Assembly: GCA_951406725.2 (NCBI GenBank)
Contig: OX597826.1
Location: forward strand, 40,858,001 to 40,922,000
Source of the DNA: Octopus vulgaris
Taxonomy: Eukaryota
Reading direction: 5' to 3'
Length of the DNA: 64,000 nucleotides
Shown here: piece after piece, positions 14,686 through 27,709 of the stretch
Position numbering within the stretch: the stretch's first letter is position 1
How the letters are laid out: each line of letters begins with the position of its first letter
Translations under genes and position numbers: made by a program
The notes under the pieces: generated by a model
What the model was told of the DNA's origin: nothing
Databases searched by the model: none
Seen by the model: the letters and a program-made list of their open reading frames with translations, nothing else

Positions 14686-15097
14686 TCTCTTTTACTCTTT
14701 TACTTGTTTCAGTCATTTGACTGCGGCCATGCTGGAGCACCGCCTTTAGTCGAGCAAATCAACCCCGGGACTTATTCTTTGTAAGCCCAGTACTTATTCT
14801 ATCGGTCTCTTTTGCCGAACCGCTAAGTGACGGGGACGTAAACACACCAGCATAGGTTGTCAAGCAATGCTAGGGGGACAAACACAGACACACAAACATA
14901 TACACACACACTTATATAAATATACATATATATACGACAGGCTTCTTTCAGTTTCCGTCTACCAAATCCACTCACAAGGCATTGGTCGGCCCGGGGCTAG
15001 AGCAGAAGACACCTGCCTAAGATGCCACGCAGTGGGACTGAACCCGGAACCATGTGGTTCATAAGCCAGCCACTTACCACACAGCCACTCCTGCGCC
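14686..15097 (-). mobile_element. tRNA-derived CORE-like SINE family B, full length
   Basis: Head ggcgcaggagtggctgtgtggtaag...ggttcagtccc, CORE-like ttaggcaggtgtcttct, internal (TG)n, tail ccagcatggccgcagtcaaatgactgaaacaagtaaaagag. Confidence 0.85.
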
Positions 15098-15284
15098 TCG
15101 GATATTTTTTATTTCGAACGTCAGTTTTACAGCATATTTGATTTAAATGAACCCTACTCATGTTTTTGCTGCATAGCCATTTTGAAATTGCATTTGTTTC
15201 CAATTACTTCCGACAGGCGACACTGATGAGGTCTGAAGCAAAATAACTGAATGTAGATTTAGCTAACATAATATTTGGTGAGTT

Positions 15285-15839
15285 ATTATAGTTTTTGAGT
15301 GCAAAGAAGGAAGATTTTGAGACTTGTTACCCCTATAAAAGTTGCTAAGAGGTTATCCCTATCCTGAGCCTAGGTTTGAATTTCGAATCGAGAATAGTAG
15401 ATCTTTAATTAGGTCAAAGTATAGTTTAAAAAAAAAAACACTAGCCTTAGGTGAATCATGAATTAGTATGCTTCAAATATAGCGTTACCAATTCAGATAT
15501 TACTATACCAATTCAGATATTACTATAACTAAATATAGGTTACCAATTCAGATATTACTATAACTAATTACTAATTCAAATATAATTTAATATACAAGAT
15601 ATGTGAAACATTATAGTTTTTGAGTGCAAAGAAGGAAGATTTTTGAGACTTGTTACCCCTATAAAAGTTGCTAAGAGGTTATCCCTATCCTGAGCCTAGG
15701 TTTGAATTTCGAATCGAGAATAGTAGATCTTTAATTAGGTCAAAGTATAGTTTTTAAAAAAAAACACTAGCCTTAGGTGAATCATGAGTTAGTATGCTTC
15801 AAATATTGCGTACAATAACTGGTTAGATATGTGAAACAT
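15285..15839. repeat. Local tandem duplication of ~200 bp with an internal 20-bp repeat
   Basis: 15285-15480 is nearly identical to 15610-15806. taccaattcagatattacta occurs three times in between. Confidence 0.85.
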
Positions 15840-16756
15840 ACTTGTGAAGCCAATTCCAATTGTTCTTTGTATGAATCATGTTTTAATTTAGTAGTTTGGC
15901 GGTCCTATATGTTTTGCAAGAATGTTCAAATATGTAGTTTTACGTAAAGAGAATAGCCATTCCTACGTTATACAAGCAAACTAAATATTACACTGGCATT
16001 TAGCATGTAAACTCAGGCACCTCCTATGTACGTGGTGCTTACTTAATTACGAATCACTTCCATAGAAGTATTTGAATGCTCTTCTGTAAAGGTGCAGACA
16101 TCTTAGCGCCTGTTCTTGCCTACTATTAAGCAACTGGTGTTTAGACGTGAAAATATGGAATATTTCTACTATGCAGAAAGTGCATATTTTCTCTCTATTA
16201 TATCCCATACCATATTAAAGTTAGTGTTTCTAAAACACACTTAAGCTCATGTTATGCGTTTTCTTTCCATCCGTAAATGAAGCTAAATGATTTTCCAGTC
16301 TCGCCTTCAAACTTGTCCAGCATGCACGAATATAAAGGCGCGAAATTCTACCTGACGTAACTTTATGCCTTTATACTATATTTTCCTCAAACATTAAGCG
16401 TTTAAGAGGAAGATTTTATTCTTTCCACAGTTACAAAGATTTTATCTTTCCAAATATATCTTGAGATTAAAGTATGATGATATTAATATTACCGATTGCT
16501 CCATTATAGAACGTTCTCTATCGTAATGGCTTTAGAAGATGTATTCTTTGTCTCCCAGAAAATTATAGGCGTCCTGTTACAGCTTTTTGTAAGACTGTAA
16601 CAGGACACTGAACAAAATGCCGGAATTGGTGAATTTTTATAAACAATTCCATCGATATTTACCGAGGATTTTCCAAATACCAGCTGGGTAAAATAGTTTA
16701 TTTCCCGGGTGAAGGACAACTTTTCATGAACACAAGCCACCTTCTTTATTTTTGTG

Positions 16757-16835
<79 letters not shown>

Positions 16836-16860
16836 GACAGAGACAGACAGACAGACAGAC

Positions 16861-16922
<62 letters not shown>

Positions 16923-18506
16923 CAAAGGCATAAAAATATCACGTTTTGCATGTGAATAAATATATATTTCACGTGTTTATTTGCGTGACAGTTGAATAAA
17001 GAAAGTGTAATAAATTTTCTGCTTTCGACGACCAATCACATCTCGATCCCTAATGTTTTTACGAGTATTTTTGCTTATATACTGTTACGCTCTTTCTTTT
17101 CTTACGAAGTTTGAATAATCAGCTCAAGTATTTTACTTTATTTGCGTTATTAATAGATTTCAATTAGATATTGACTGCGAAGATTGTAAACTCGTTTTAA
17201 TTCTTTTAGGTGTCCAAGCAATGAATCAAAAGCCGTGTAGCTTTCCAATAAATGTTTGTTTTGTGTCGGTCACTTAAGGAAAAAAATAATATGGAAATAA
17301 ATAATGGGACCGCTTGTGTAAAGGTACGAAGTGTTGTTTAGTAGTTCATGCTTGGTTTTGTGGTTTTTAAGTATTTTATTTTGTCTTTAATAAATTACAC
17401 CGCAAGGCTGTTAACAGTGGCCTGTGGAAATTTTAGGGATGTATTTTAGAGATATAATTGCAACATAAGAATTACGAGTTCAATTCTTAATGTAGTAAAT
17501 ATTTTAAAGTGTATTTTAGATCTTTCATGTTTATCTGTCATTGGACTGCGACCATGGTGGGGGCACCACCCTGAAGGATTTAGTCAAACAAATCGACCCC
17601 AATACTTATTTTTAAGCCTGCTACTTATTCTATCGGCTTCTGTTACCAAACTACTAGATTACGAAGAAGAAAACAAACTAACATCGGTTACACGACGGGT
17701 TTCGTTTAGCTTCTCTATACTAAAGACACAAGGCTTTGCCTGGCCTGAGTTGAAGACATTTGCACAAGGTGCCACGCAATGGCACTGAACCCAAGACCGC
17801 ATGGTAGGGAAGCTAGCTTCTAAACCACATAATCACGACTACATCTATGAAGATTTTATCCTAATAAAGTACGATTCGTCGAAGATTATTTTCCGGGAGT
17901 ATGGATTACATTCCATATGGATTACATTTGATCTTTCTATTAATATTTAAGCGGAAAATTTTTGTCGAAAGATAATTTTTGAATGTAGGAATATTAGAAA
18001 ACTGTCGATGCTAAAATTTTTAGATTTGAATTTTAAATTTAGTTCTAGCAAGTTATATCACTCAATACCAAAATATGTTTATAAGACATTTTAATTGGTC
18101 CGTTAAATCTTAAATCTAAAATTCAAACAATTTCTTTTCCCTTTCCTTTTTTCTTTTTTTTTCAATTTAAACAAGTTTAGGGTGTAATAATTCCAATGAA
18201 GGAATAATTTGGCATCAACTTCTTAAAGTACGGATTTCTTGATAAAGAAATAATTAGAAACCTTTTAGTTAATTGATTAAAAATGATGAGACGTTTCATT
18301 ATTTAAGTTGGGGTATACTTATCTATATTTAAAAATAAGAGGAAAAGACATTCAAGTGATTCAAAAGATAAAATGCATAGTAATGATATAATATAAAATG
18401 TATATAGAAAAGATATAAAATCTAAAAAGTCTTGTAAATACTACTGCTAGCTCTAGGAGAGAATGTATAAAAGTGTGTTAGTATAAGTTGGTTGTTGATA
18501 TCTTTT

Positions 18507-18578
<72 letters not shown>

Positions 18579-18587
18579 GGTGTGTAT

Positions 18588-18848
18588 GGAATTCCTGCTC
18601 CTGGAATTAACGTGCAAGTGCTGAACACTCCACAGACACGTGTACCCTCGAGGAGATTCAGCGTGATACAGAGTGTGACAAGGCTGGCCCTTTGAAATAC
18701 AGGTAAGAGTGAGTTCACCACCACCACTGCCGGAGACTCGTGGAGCTTTAGGTGCAATAAACACACACAACGCCCGGTCTTGGAATCGAAACCACGATAC
18801 TACGACCGTGAGTCCGCTGCCCTAACCACTGGGCCATTGCGCCTCCAC
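18588..18848 (-). mobile_element. tRNA-derived SINE
   Basis: Minus-strand head ggaggcgcaatggcccagtggttagggcagcggactcacggtc...ggtttcgattcc with A and B boxes; (CA)n tail. Confidence 0.75.
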
Positions 18849-19094
18849 ATACACACACACACACACATATACATATATATATATATACATATATATATAA
18901 CTATAAAATTAGAGAATGGAGAAACATACTTAAATCAGTAAAACATCAACTATCCGATGATACTCAATCCATACTTTAATACATCATTACATATGAGTAA
19001 AGGCAATATATAAAATGAAATGAGATATACAGTAATAGTAAAAAGATAAAGAGATATAAGTAAAAAATTTCAAATATAATATGCAAATAAATCA

Positions 19095-19210
19095 AAAACT
19101 GACAGCTGTTTCGGCAGTGAGGGCAGTCATACCTCATTTAACCTATAAGCCATAAAGGCAGGTATAAATGAGGCATTAACAAGGATGCCCCACGGCCTCT
19201 TCAGAGAATT
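19095..19210 (-). ncRNA. Type I hammerhead ribozyme, inverted twin of the 19443 copy
   Basis: Reverse complement of 19437-19552, lying in the left arm of the long inverted repeat. Confidence 0.75.
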
Positions 19211-19436
19211 AAATTAAATTTGTTAATATTAATATTAATAAGTACCGTAATATATACACTGTTATATATTTTGTTTTATTTTGTTCTGTTTACCTTCCTT
19301 TTTTGTACAAATGTGTATTATATTATATAAGTGTAGCATTATGATGTATAAGTTTTTATATTTTACATTTTTATATTTTTATATTTATATGTATATGATT
19401 ATATAATATTTTTCACTATTATAACAAATTTAATTT

Positions 19437-19552
19437 AATTCTCTGAAGAGGCCGTGGGGCATCCTTGTTAATGCCTCATTTATACCTGCCTTTATGGCTT
19501 ATAGGTTAAATGAGGTATGACTGCCCTCACTGCCGAAACAGCTGTCAGTTTT
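19437..19552 (+). ncRNA. Type I hammerhead ribozyme with long stem II
   Basis: CT-CTGAAGA(19443)-GGC.GTG.GGGCA..ATGCCTCATTTA/TAAATGAGGTAT..TGCCC.CAC.GCC-GAAAC(19535)-AGCT-GTC-AG. Predicted cleavage after C19546. Confidence 0.8.
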
Positions 19553-20166
19553 TGATTTATTTGCATATTATATTTGAAATTTTTTACTTATATCTCTTTA
19601 TCTTTTTACTATTACTGTATATCTCATTTCATTTTATATATTGCCTTTACTCATATGTAATGATGTATTAAAGTATGGATTGAGTATCATCGGATAGTTG
19701 ATGTTTTACTGATTTAAGTATGTTTCTCCATTCTCTAATTTTGTAGTATTAATTTACGGTAATATTATTACCTTTACCCATATAATACAATAGATGAACT
19801 GATTGTTTGACAATTTTTAACATCTATGTATTAATTTTGTTGGGTACCTATCTAGCAGTATATTGGATATATATTATCCCATGGTGGGTTGAATTTTCAA
19901 CCCCTATCTCACTTTATTACATATATATATATATACATATAGTATATAAGAAAAAGGGACAGGCAAAACAGGTTGCCTGACCGCATACCGAAAAAATAGA
20001 AATAGCAGTCAAGAATGCTTATTTCTATCAAAGTTGGACTCCGGGCATGACAGACCCTGTAATTCACATATGCAAAACAGAAGGAATAGATAACGAATAC
20101 GAAGTCTGGCGGATACATATATGTACATATATATATACATATATATATACATATATATATATATAC

Positions 20167-20275
<109 letters not shown>

Positions 20276-20315
20276 CTTATATATATATATAGAGAGAGAG
20301 AGAGAAAAGAGAGAT

Positions 20316-20354
<39 letters not shown>

Positions 20355-20369
20355 TGAATGTGTGTATAT

Positions 20370-20401
<32 letters not shown>

Positions 20402-20476
20402 ATGTATGTATATATAAATATATATGTATGTATTTACACTTGTGAATATATATATTGATGTGTATGCATGTATTTA

Positions 20477-20519
<43 letters not shown>

Positions 20520-22217
20520 GTATGTATATATATATATATATACGTATGTATATATATGTATATACATACATATACATATGTAAATAATATATATAAGTAT
20601 ATATGTATGTATATGTATGTGTGTGTGCTAATATATGTATGTGCTAACGTATGAATCATTAAATTATACAGCTTACATCTACATATATATTTATATATGC
20701 ATACACACACATACACACACACACACATTCATTCATACATACATACATACATACATACATACATACATACATACACGCATACATACATACATACATACAT
20801 ACATACATACATACATACATACATACATACATACATACATACACACATACACACATACATACACAAACACATACACACACACACATTCATACATACATTC
20901 ATACATACATGCATACATGCATACATCCATCCATCTATCCATCCATCCATACATACATACATACATACATACATACATACACACATACATACACACATAC
21001 ACACATACACACATACATGCATACATGCATACATCCATCCATCCATACATACATACATACATACATACATACATACATACATACATACATACATACATAC
21101 ATACATACATACATACCTATAGACATAAAAAAAAAACCAGACCGATGTTTCACTGCTTCTGTTTACAGCCAACTCAATGGGGTATATTCGACACCCACGT
21201 CTAGCCGACATTTTATACAATACAAAATCTGTTTTATCTCGAGTATTATATTTCTGTATTACTGTAGGTATTTCTATTTACTTATATTTTATCATCGTTT
21301 AACACATATTACGCGGATATATATTTCTATTAATGAATAAGGTCTATAAACAAACAAAATATCACAAGCGTATCTCACTGGAAAAAAAAAGAATATAAAA
21401 GTATATACATTTAATATATTTTGTTTAATACAAGTATACACACGTACAGGGAGAGGGAGGGAGAAGGAAAGAGAAAGATGGGAAGAGAGAAAGAGAGAGA
21501 GAGAGAAACATGCATGTATGTGTATATCGGTCGATGTTTGATGTTTACATATATGTGTGCATGTGTGTGTACGTGTGTGTATCTGTGTTTGTATGTGTGG
21601 GTGTGTGCATGTGTGTATGCATATATGTTTATGTATTTTTCATTCATATGTGTGTGTGTATGCATGTATGTATATGCATATGTATATGTATGTTTATGCA
21701 TATAAAATTTGTGTGTGTCTGCGTGAGGCGTGTGTGTTTGTGTGTGTATGTGTCTGTGTGTGTTTGTGTAAACACGCATAACGATACATATTAATGCTCA
21801 AGTCCTCCCCAAATCGTTTGACAACAGATGTTGGTGTGTTTACGCCTCCGTAACTTAGCAGTTCGACAAAAGAGATATGGATAGAATAAGTACTAGGCTT
21901 ACAAGGAATAAGTCGTGGGGTTGATTTGCTCGACTAAAGTCGGTGCTCCAGCATGGCCACAGTCAAATGACGGAAACAAGTAAAAGAGTATATATATATG
22001 TAATGATGTTTATGCGTTTGTATTATAGCAGAGAAACGTGAAATGAAGTGTTTTGTTCGAGAACACAGTGTGCCGCCCGGTGAAGGATTCGAAACCCCGC
22101 GATCTTATGCTCGTGAACGCAACACCTAAGGTACTAGGGCACTAGGCTATGCGCCTTCACACACAACCACACACACACATACATATATGTGTATATATAT
22201 ATATGTGTATATATATA

Positions 22218-22322
<105 letters not shown>

Positions 22323-22381
22323 TTGTATATTCACATTTATATATATACGTATATATGTATATATTTATACACACACATGTA

Positions 22382-22414
<33 letters not shown>

Positions 22415-22415
22415 T

Positions 22416-22454
<39 letters not shown>

Positions 22455-22957
22455 CTGTATGTATATATACATACATTTATATACATACACATATATGTAT
22501 GTGTGTATATCATATAATGTACACTGTACATAGTTATGAGTTACTTATAGTTCAAACATTGGAGAGTTTCCAAGTAATCTTCAGAGCCTGATGATTACTT
22601 GGAAACACAAGGCATAATATTAAAACCGCTCTACAAAATATCTTCAATGTATGGAAATATTTGTAGCGCATAACTATATACTGTATGCATAAAACAATAT
22701 TTATCTCTCACCGGTTGGATTACTTTTTTTTTAAGCTTACCTTAACGGAAAAGTAAATTATATATTGGAAAATGACAAAGAGTATCTGAAAAAAACCTCT
22801 CCCAAAACACCCTCTTCCGAAAACACAAACAGCAAATTCAACTCTAGACATTTTTTCAATTAATTTACACACACGCGCATGCACACAGACATGCACGCAT
22901 ATACACACACACACATGCACACACACCTACGATTAGTTCTTATCCAAATCCTGAGAG

Positions 22958-22996
<39 letters not shown>

Positions 22997-23484
22997 GGGT
23001 AAGGTTGTACTGTGGTTGGTACGGATATTTGAAATTGTATTTCAAGTTTGGTAACAATTAGATGGTGCGAGATGGAGGATTGGAAATTGAGGTCGAAACT
23101 TGGAATTGAAATTAAAAATTAAAACTTGAAGCCTAGAATTGCAAACTAAGAAGAGGTAAAGCCTAAAAACTCCAAAACTTAAGGGTTGTTGAACTGAAGC
23201 TGAACAAGCTGGCTTGTGTTAGAAGAGAGGTAGATGAATACATCATTCAAAATACCGCCAAAATACCGCCTGGATTTATATCAGATTTTAAATAAGGACC
23301 TGTACCTTCATGGAAATACCGACCACCACCCATATCCTCTGGAAAAAGATGGGTTGTGAACATTATTCTCCTGCGTATATTCTTCTACCTTCACTCTTTA
23401 TTCTTCTATTTACTACTTTATTCTTCTATTTTATTCCTTATAAACTGTGAATTTTATTTCTTGTAAACTGTAAATTTTACTTTG

Positions 23485-23558
23485 TCTCTGATGACGGAAT
23501 GCCCAGTGCGTAGACATACTAACCTACCGCTTGGGTTATCCCAGAAACGGCTGTAAGA
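23485..23558 (+). ncRNA. Type I hammerhead ribozyme
   Basis: TCT-CTGATGA(23488)-C.GGA.AT.GCCCA.GTGCG.TAG/CTA.CCGC.TGGGT.TAT.CC.CA-GAAAC(23544)-GGCT-GTA-AGA. Stem I is TCT/AGA; predicted cleavage after 23555. Confidence 0.65.
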
Positions 23559-24441
23559 TTTCAAATTCGCCTTACCCTAATTATTATAAATTACTTGAGA
23601 TACTTGTTCTACCTTGGTTTTGATTTTTTTCTCTAATATGATATACACCTGCTATAACGGAACCCTAATACGGATCTCTCGATCCAATCTTAGCTGTGAT
23701 CTTGGAACCTGACAGTCGACCAACTATAACACTTACTCAGAGTACCTATTCGTTTAGATCACAAATGAACTAAAACCCCTCATATTTTATATATATATGT
23801 GTGTGTGTGTGTGCGTGTGTGTGCGTATGTATGTGTGTATGTACGTGTGTACGTATGTGCGTGTGTATGTGTGTGTATGTGTGTATGTATGCTTGTATGC
23901 ATGAATGTATGCATGTATGCATGTATGTACGCATGCATGTATGTATGTATGCATGTATGTATGTATGTATGCATGTATGTATGCATGCATGTATGCTTGT
24001 ATGCATGAATGTATGCATGTATGCATGTATGTATGCATGTATGCATGTATGTATAAATGCATGTATGTATGTATGTATGCATGCATGCATGCATGTATGC
24101 ATGCATGCATGCATGTATGTATGTATGTATGTATGTATATATGTATGCATGTACGCATGTATGTATGCACATATGTATGTATGTATGCATGCATGCTTGC
24201 AATGTAACAGACAAGAAAGTAAATTTCGAACGCAGTCTGGCTGTGAAAACAGCCGAGAAAGATTGGGTATTTACTCGGACAAAAAGTTACTAGCAGACAT
24301 AAAGGCGTGAAATTGATGAAATCCTATGGACGATAACTGACGAGAATTTGACGACATTCTGTGTGTTTACCGTTCGTTCTGTTTGTTTGTGCTTTTATAT
24401 ATTGTGTTTTTTGACATATATATATATATATATGTATGTAA

Positions 24442-24675
24442 TATAATATGTGACAATTATTCGGTTGCCATAATAAAACTCCGATTTTCAGATGTCGGGG
24501 CGGAAACCTCGATAACTGAAGAGATGTCGGAGCAGGTTTCCGCCCCGACATCCGAATCTCGGAGTCTTATTATGGCAACCGAATAATTGTCACATATTAT
24601 ACTACAGATAAATTCCTCTATTTACATAATATCGAGGTCTCCTTCATTCTTTTGTTGTCTTACCATTACTATTAA
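24442..24675 (+). mobile_element. Fold-back Penelope-like element (related fragment at 41400-41505)
   Basis: Inverted arms 24442-24509 / 24534-24601. The tail ataaattcctctatttacataatatcgagg...ttcttttgttgtcttaccatt recurs at 41438-41497. Confidence 0.55.
24512..24570 (+). ncRNA. Decayed type I hammerhead ribozyme
   Basis: ATAA-CTGAAGA-GATGTCGG...CCGACATC-C-GAAT(mutant GAAA)-CTCGGAG-TC-TTAT. The inverted arm at 24470-24509 retains GAAA at the equivalent position. Confidence 0.55.
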
Positions 24676-24713
24676 TATATATATGTATATATATATTTAT
24701 ACATATATATATA

Positions 24714-24760
<47 letters not shown>

Positions 24761-24841
24761 TATCATATATCATATATATAAACTACATGCGCAGAAAAAC
24801 ACATTATATATACATGCTTGTGAGTGTGTGTGTATGTGTAC

Positions 24842-24876
<35 letters not shown>

Positions 24877-25175
24877 CTTGTGTATACATATGTGTGTAGA
24901 TGTATACATGTATATATTTGCAGAAGGTTTTCTTAAATCAAAAATTGTTAATTATATAAATACATATTTTCTGTTACTTATAGGTAAACAAGTTTAAAGA
25001 CCTGTAAAGGAAGTTTTTTGTTATATATATATATATATATATATATAAAGCACTTTTCACTATTTTCAGGTTTTCAAACACACGTCTTGTTCGGTAAACA
25101 TGTAACTGGTGTATTTTTCTGCTTTTTTTAAAACATTTTTATAGAATTAACTATTACTTGTATAAAAAAAAATTA

Positions 25176-25233
<58 letters not shown>

Positions 25234-25234
25234 T

Positions 25235-26045
25235 GGATCGGTGGATTGGCAGAATCGTTAGGGCATCGGGCAAAAAGCCTTGTGGTATTTGTTCTGCTCT
25301 TAACCTTCTTGTGTTCACATCAAATCTAACTTCTGTTCAACTTTGAATCAAATGTTAAAGTCGATGTAAATTTTCTAACTTTTCCCCAACAACAGCAGAG
25401 AAACAAAGTTGTACCTGTATTATAAATTACTGTTGTAATAAACATATTATCAATAACAATGATACTGTTTAACTATCAAAAGCTATATTGTTTGCTGTGT
25501 TTCTGTGATAAACTATATTTTCAGTGTTTAATCATTTAAATTGCATGATTTTCTTTCTTTATTTATTTGCGTAGGTAGCCTAACATTTGTAGCATGATCA
25601 AAGTATTTGATTATGAGTCTAATTGCTATTGATTATTTTGGATGAAAGTCTAAGCTACCAGAAAATGTAACTTTTTTATCATTCAATGTTCTCAGTTCCT
25701 TTTCCTTTCACTCCTCTGGTATCTGTTAAATAAATTACCAGTAAGAGTCTGGGGGGAGGCGATATAATGAAGTACCAGTTAAATACGGGGGTCGCTATAA
25801 TCCATTTGTTCCTCGCTAAAAAAAAGTTTTTACTTAACTTTCGCTTATGGAAGAAATTTAGCAGAGTCCTTAGAGCATCGGACAAAATGCCTTACGATAT
25901 TTAACTATGGACCTTTCACGCTCTGTGTTCAGACCTTTCCGAAGTTAACTTTGGATTTCATCCTTCCAGAGACGATAAAAAGATAAAGTCAAAAAGTACT
26001 GGAGTCAATATCATCGACTTTTTCTATGCCTATTTTAGAAACAAT
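25235..26045 (+). mobile_element. Decayed family A SINE copies in the Hand intron
   Basis: tggcagaatcgttagggcatcggg at ~25247, agtaccagtt...ggggtcg at ~25771, and gcagagtccttagagcatcggacaaaatgc at ~25861. Confidence 0.6.
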
Positions 26046-26103
26046 TGTTGTTGTTGGTTTTGTTGTCGTTGTGGTTGTTGTTTTGTTGTTGTTGTTGTTG
26101 TGT

Positions 26104-26162
<59 letters not shown>

Positions 26163-26175
26163 AAACTCAACTTAC

Positions 26176-26703
26176 CGTCTCTTTCCGTTTCTTGTCGTCT
26201 CTGCTCTCCAGTTTCTTGCTAAGTTCTGCTTTAAATCCAGCAGTGTCCACGAAAGAGGGATCATCCTTTGATAAGACGTCCATTAGATAGGCGATATAAC
26301 TCGTGGCTAGACGAAGAGTTTTTATTTTCGATAATTTTGTGTCTGACGGAACATTTGGTATACAACCACGAAGTTGAGCAAAAGCCATGTTTATGCTCTG
26401 AGTCCGTCGTCTTTCTTTTTTGTTAGCCGTGACTCTTCTTTTAATGACACGTAGCGGCCCTGAGTGTGTTTGTATGTGTTCGTAGGTGTAGGTTTGATAA
26501 TCGGAAGACAAGGAACCAGTTGTAGTCAGGTAGGAAGAATCGTTGCCTATTTGTGCGCTGGCTACAGTCGTGTCGTTTCCGTTAAGCATCCAATTTGGGA
26601 AGTAATGGTGTGGTGTCGGTTCCGGTGGATATTGGTAAAAATCGTGTACCATGGGCCCTGGATGATGGTAACCTTGGTTATATCCTGTCACGCTGAGACT
26701 CAT
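26176..26703 (-). CDS. Hand: Hand-family bHLH transcription factor (HAND2-like), main coding exon
   Basis: Translation [14 protein letters not shown]...[11 protein letters not shown]...[61 protein letters not shown]...GFKAEL matches the Hand bHLH, the N-terminal MSL..G / YF..W motifs and the FKAE motif. The exon is 528 nt (176 codons) and ends at ACG|GTAAGT (phase 0 donor, GT at 26175-26174). Confidence 0.95.
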
Positions 26704-26959
26704 TTCTCCGATGAAATCGGTGGGGTGGGGGCTTGAAACTGGATTCTGTTTTTTTTCCGCTAAGCCAAATATTTCCTCTGTCGGATCCACAATGAAATTG
26801 AAATAAAAAAGCAATGTTAATTAAAATATTAAAACATTTATTTTGCAAGGGTGGAGGATGAATTATTCATTATCATAATCATCATCCTTATTATCAACTT
26901 TTATTATTATTATTATTGGGCCTATGGATAATTTTCAGAAATCCCCGGCACTGACAATG

Positions 26960-27600
26960 CTACTAAGAAGTATTGCCGATTCGGGATAAACTCTACAGAC
27001 ATAGAAGTGTCGTCAGCCAGGCCTGCCCGAGATGCGCGCAGAGCGACAAAACTGTTCTGCACGCCCTCGTCCAGTGCCCGAGCATTGCTGACTTGTGGGT
27101 TTATGTCGAATATCTGCTGTCGCGTGTAAGACTAATCCGGCCGCCTTCATTTCGCCCCGCCGTCTTCCTTTGGCCGAGGAGGGCAAGCAGTGCTTCTCTG
27201 TCTGGTGGCCTTAGCGATAGAGGTTGTGCAGTGGACCAAGTTGAAAGGGCTGAAGATAGACACTTTCCTATTTGGCCAAACCCTCATCAACATTTTCAAA
27301 TTCCACTTGAAAAAGAAACAGAGAAGAAAGGGAAGTACTGCCACTCAGCAATTTTGTCATAAGGTGAGTGAATGTAGTGCGTATGGCTCGAGTGAACTAC
27401 ATCAAGGTTGGACGAAGAGGAGATGACGGAGAGGAGAGGGTAATCGTGGTTTTTGTGGGTTCCCACGAGCAACCTTTGGAAGTATCCCTTTTGGGGGGAT
27501 TTTACTTGTTTTAACTTTTATTGTTTTCCTTATTTACACGTTCCAATCCCACTCGTTTTGTATTGTCCTCTATTGTCCACAATCTTTTATATGAACCCTC
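26960..27600 (+). pseudogene. L1/Tx1-like LINE 3' fragment (zf-RVT region)
   Basis: LPIRDKLYRH...CPRCAQSDKTVLHALVQCPSIADLW CCHC motif; frameshifted. Confidence 0.75.
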
Positions 27601-27604
27601 AGTG

Positions 27605-27637
<33 letters not shown>

Positions 27638-27709
27638 ATTATTATTATTATTACTATTATTATTATCATCATTATCATTATCATTATTATTATTATCACT
27701 ATTATTATT

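Larger units (their letters stand above)
18900..19920 (+). mobile_element. Fold-back, hammerhead-bearing Penelope-like non-autonomous element
   Basis: Near-perfect ~325-bp inverted arms 18900-19225 / 19422-19746, a unique 3' extension to ~19920, and TA repeats on both sides. Confidence 0.65.

Noticed and set aside
15225-15245. CTGATGAG motif
   Set aside because: No downstream GAAA or supporting stems.
15486-15560. Three 20-bp direct repeats resembling a mini CRISPR array
   Set aside because: Two are directly adjacent, there are no regular unique spacers, the context is eukaryotic and there are no cas genes.
22586-22616. CTGATGA-ttacttg-GAAAC-acaa-ggc hammerhead-like string
   Set aside because: No stem II pairing and no UH cleavage triplet; likely chance or too decayed.
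26704-26814. ORF-track start of Hand at 26814
   Set aside because: Non-ATG start. The ATG at 26703 gives the conserved MSL..G N-terminus.
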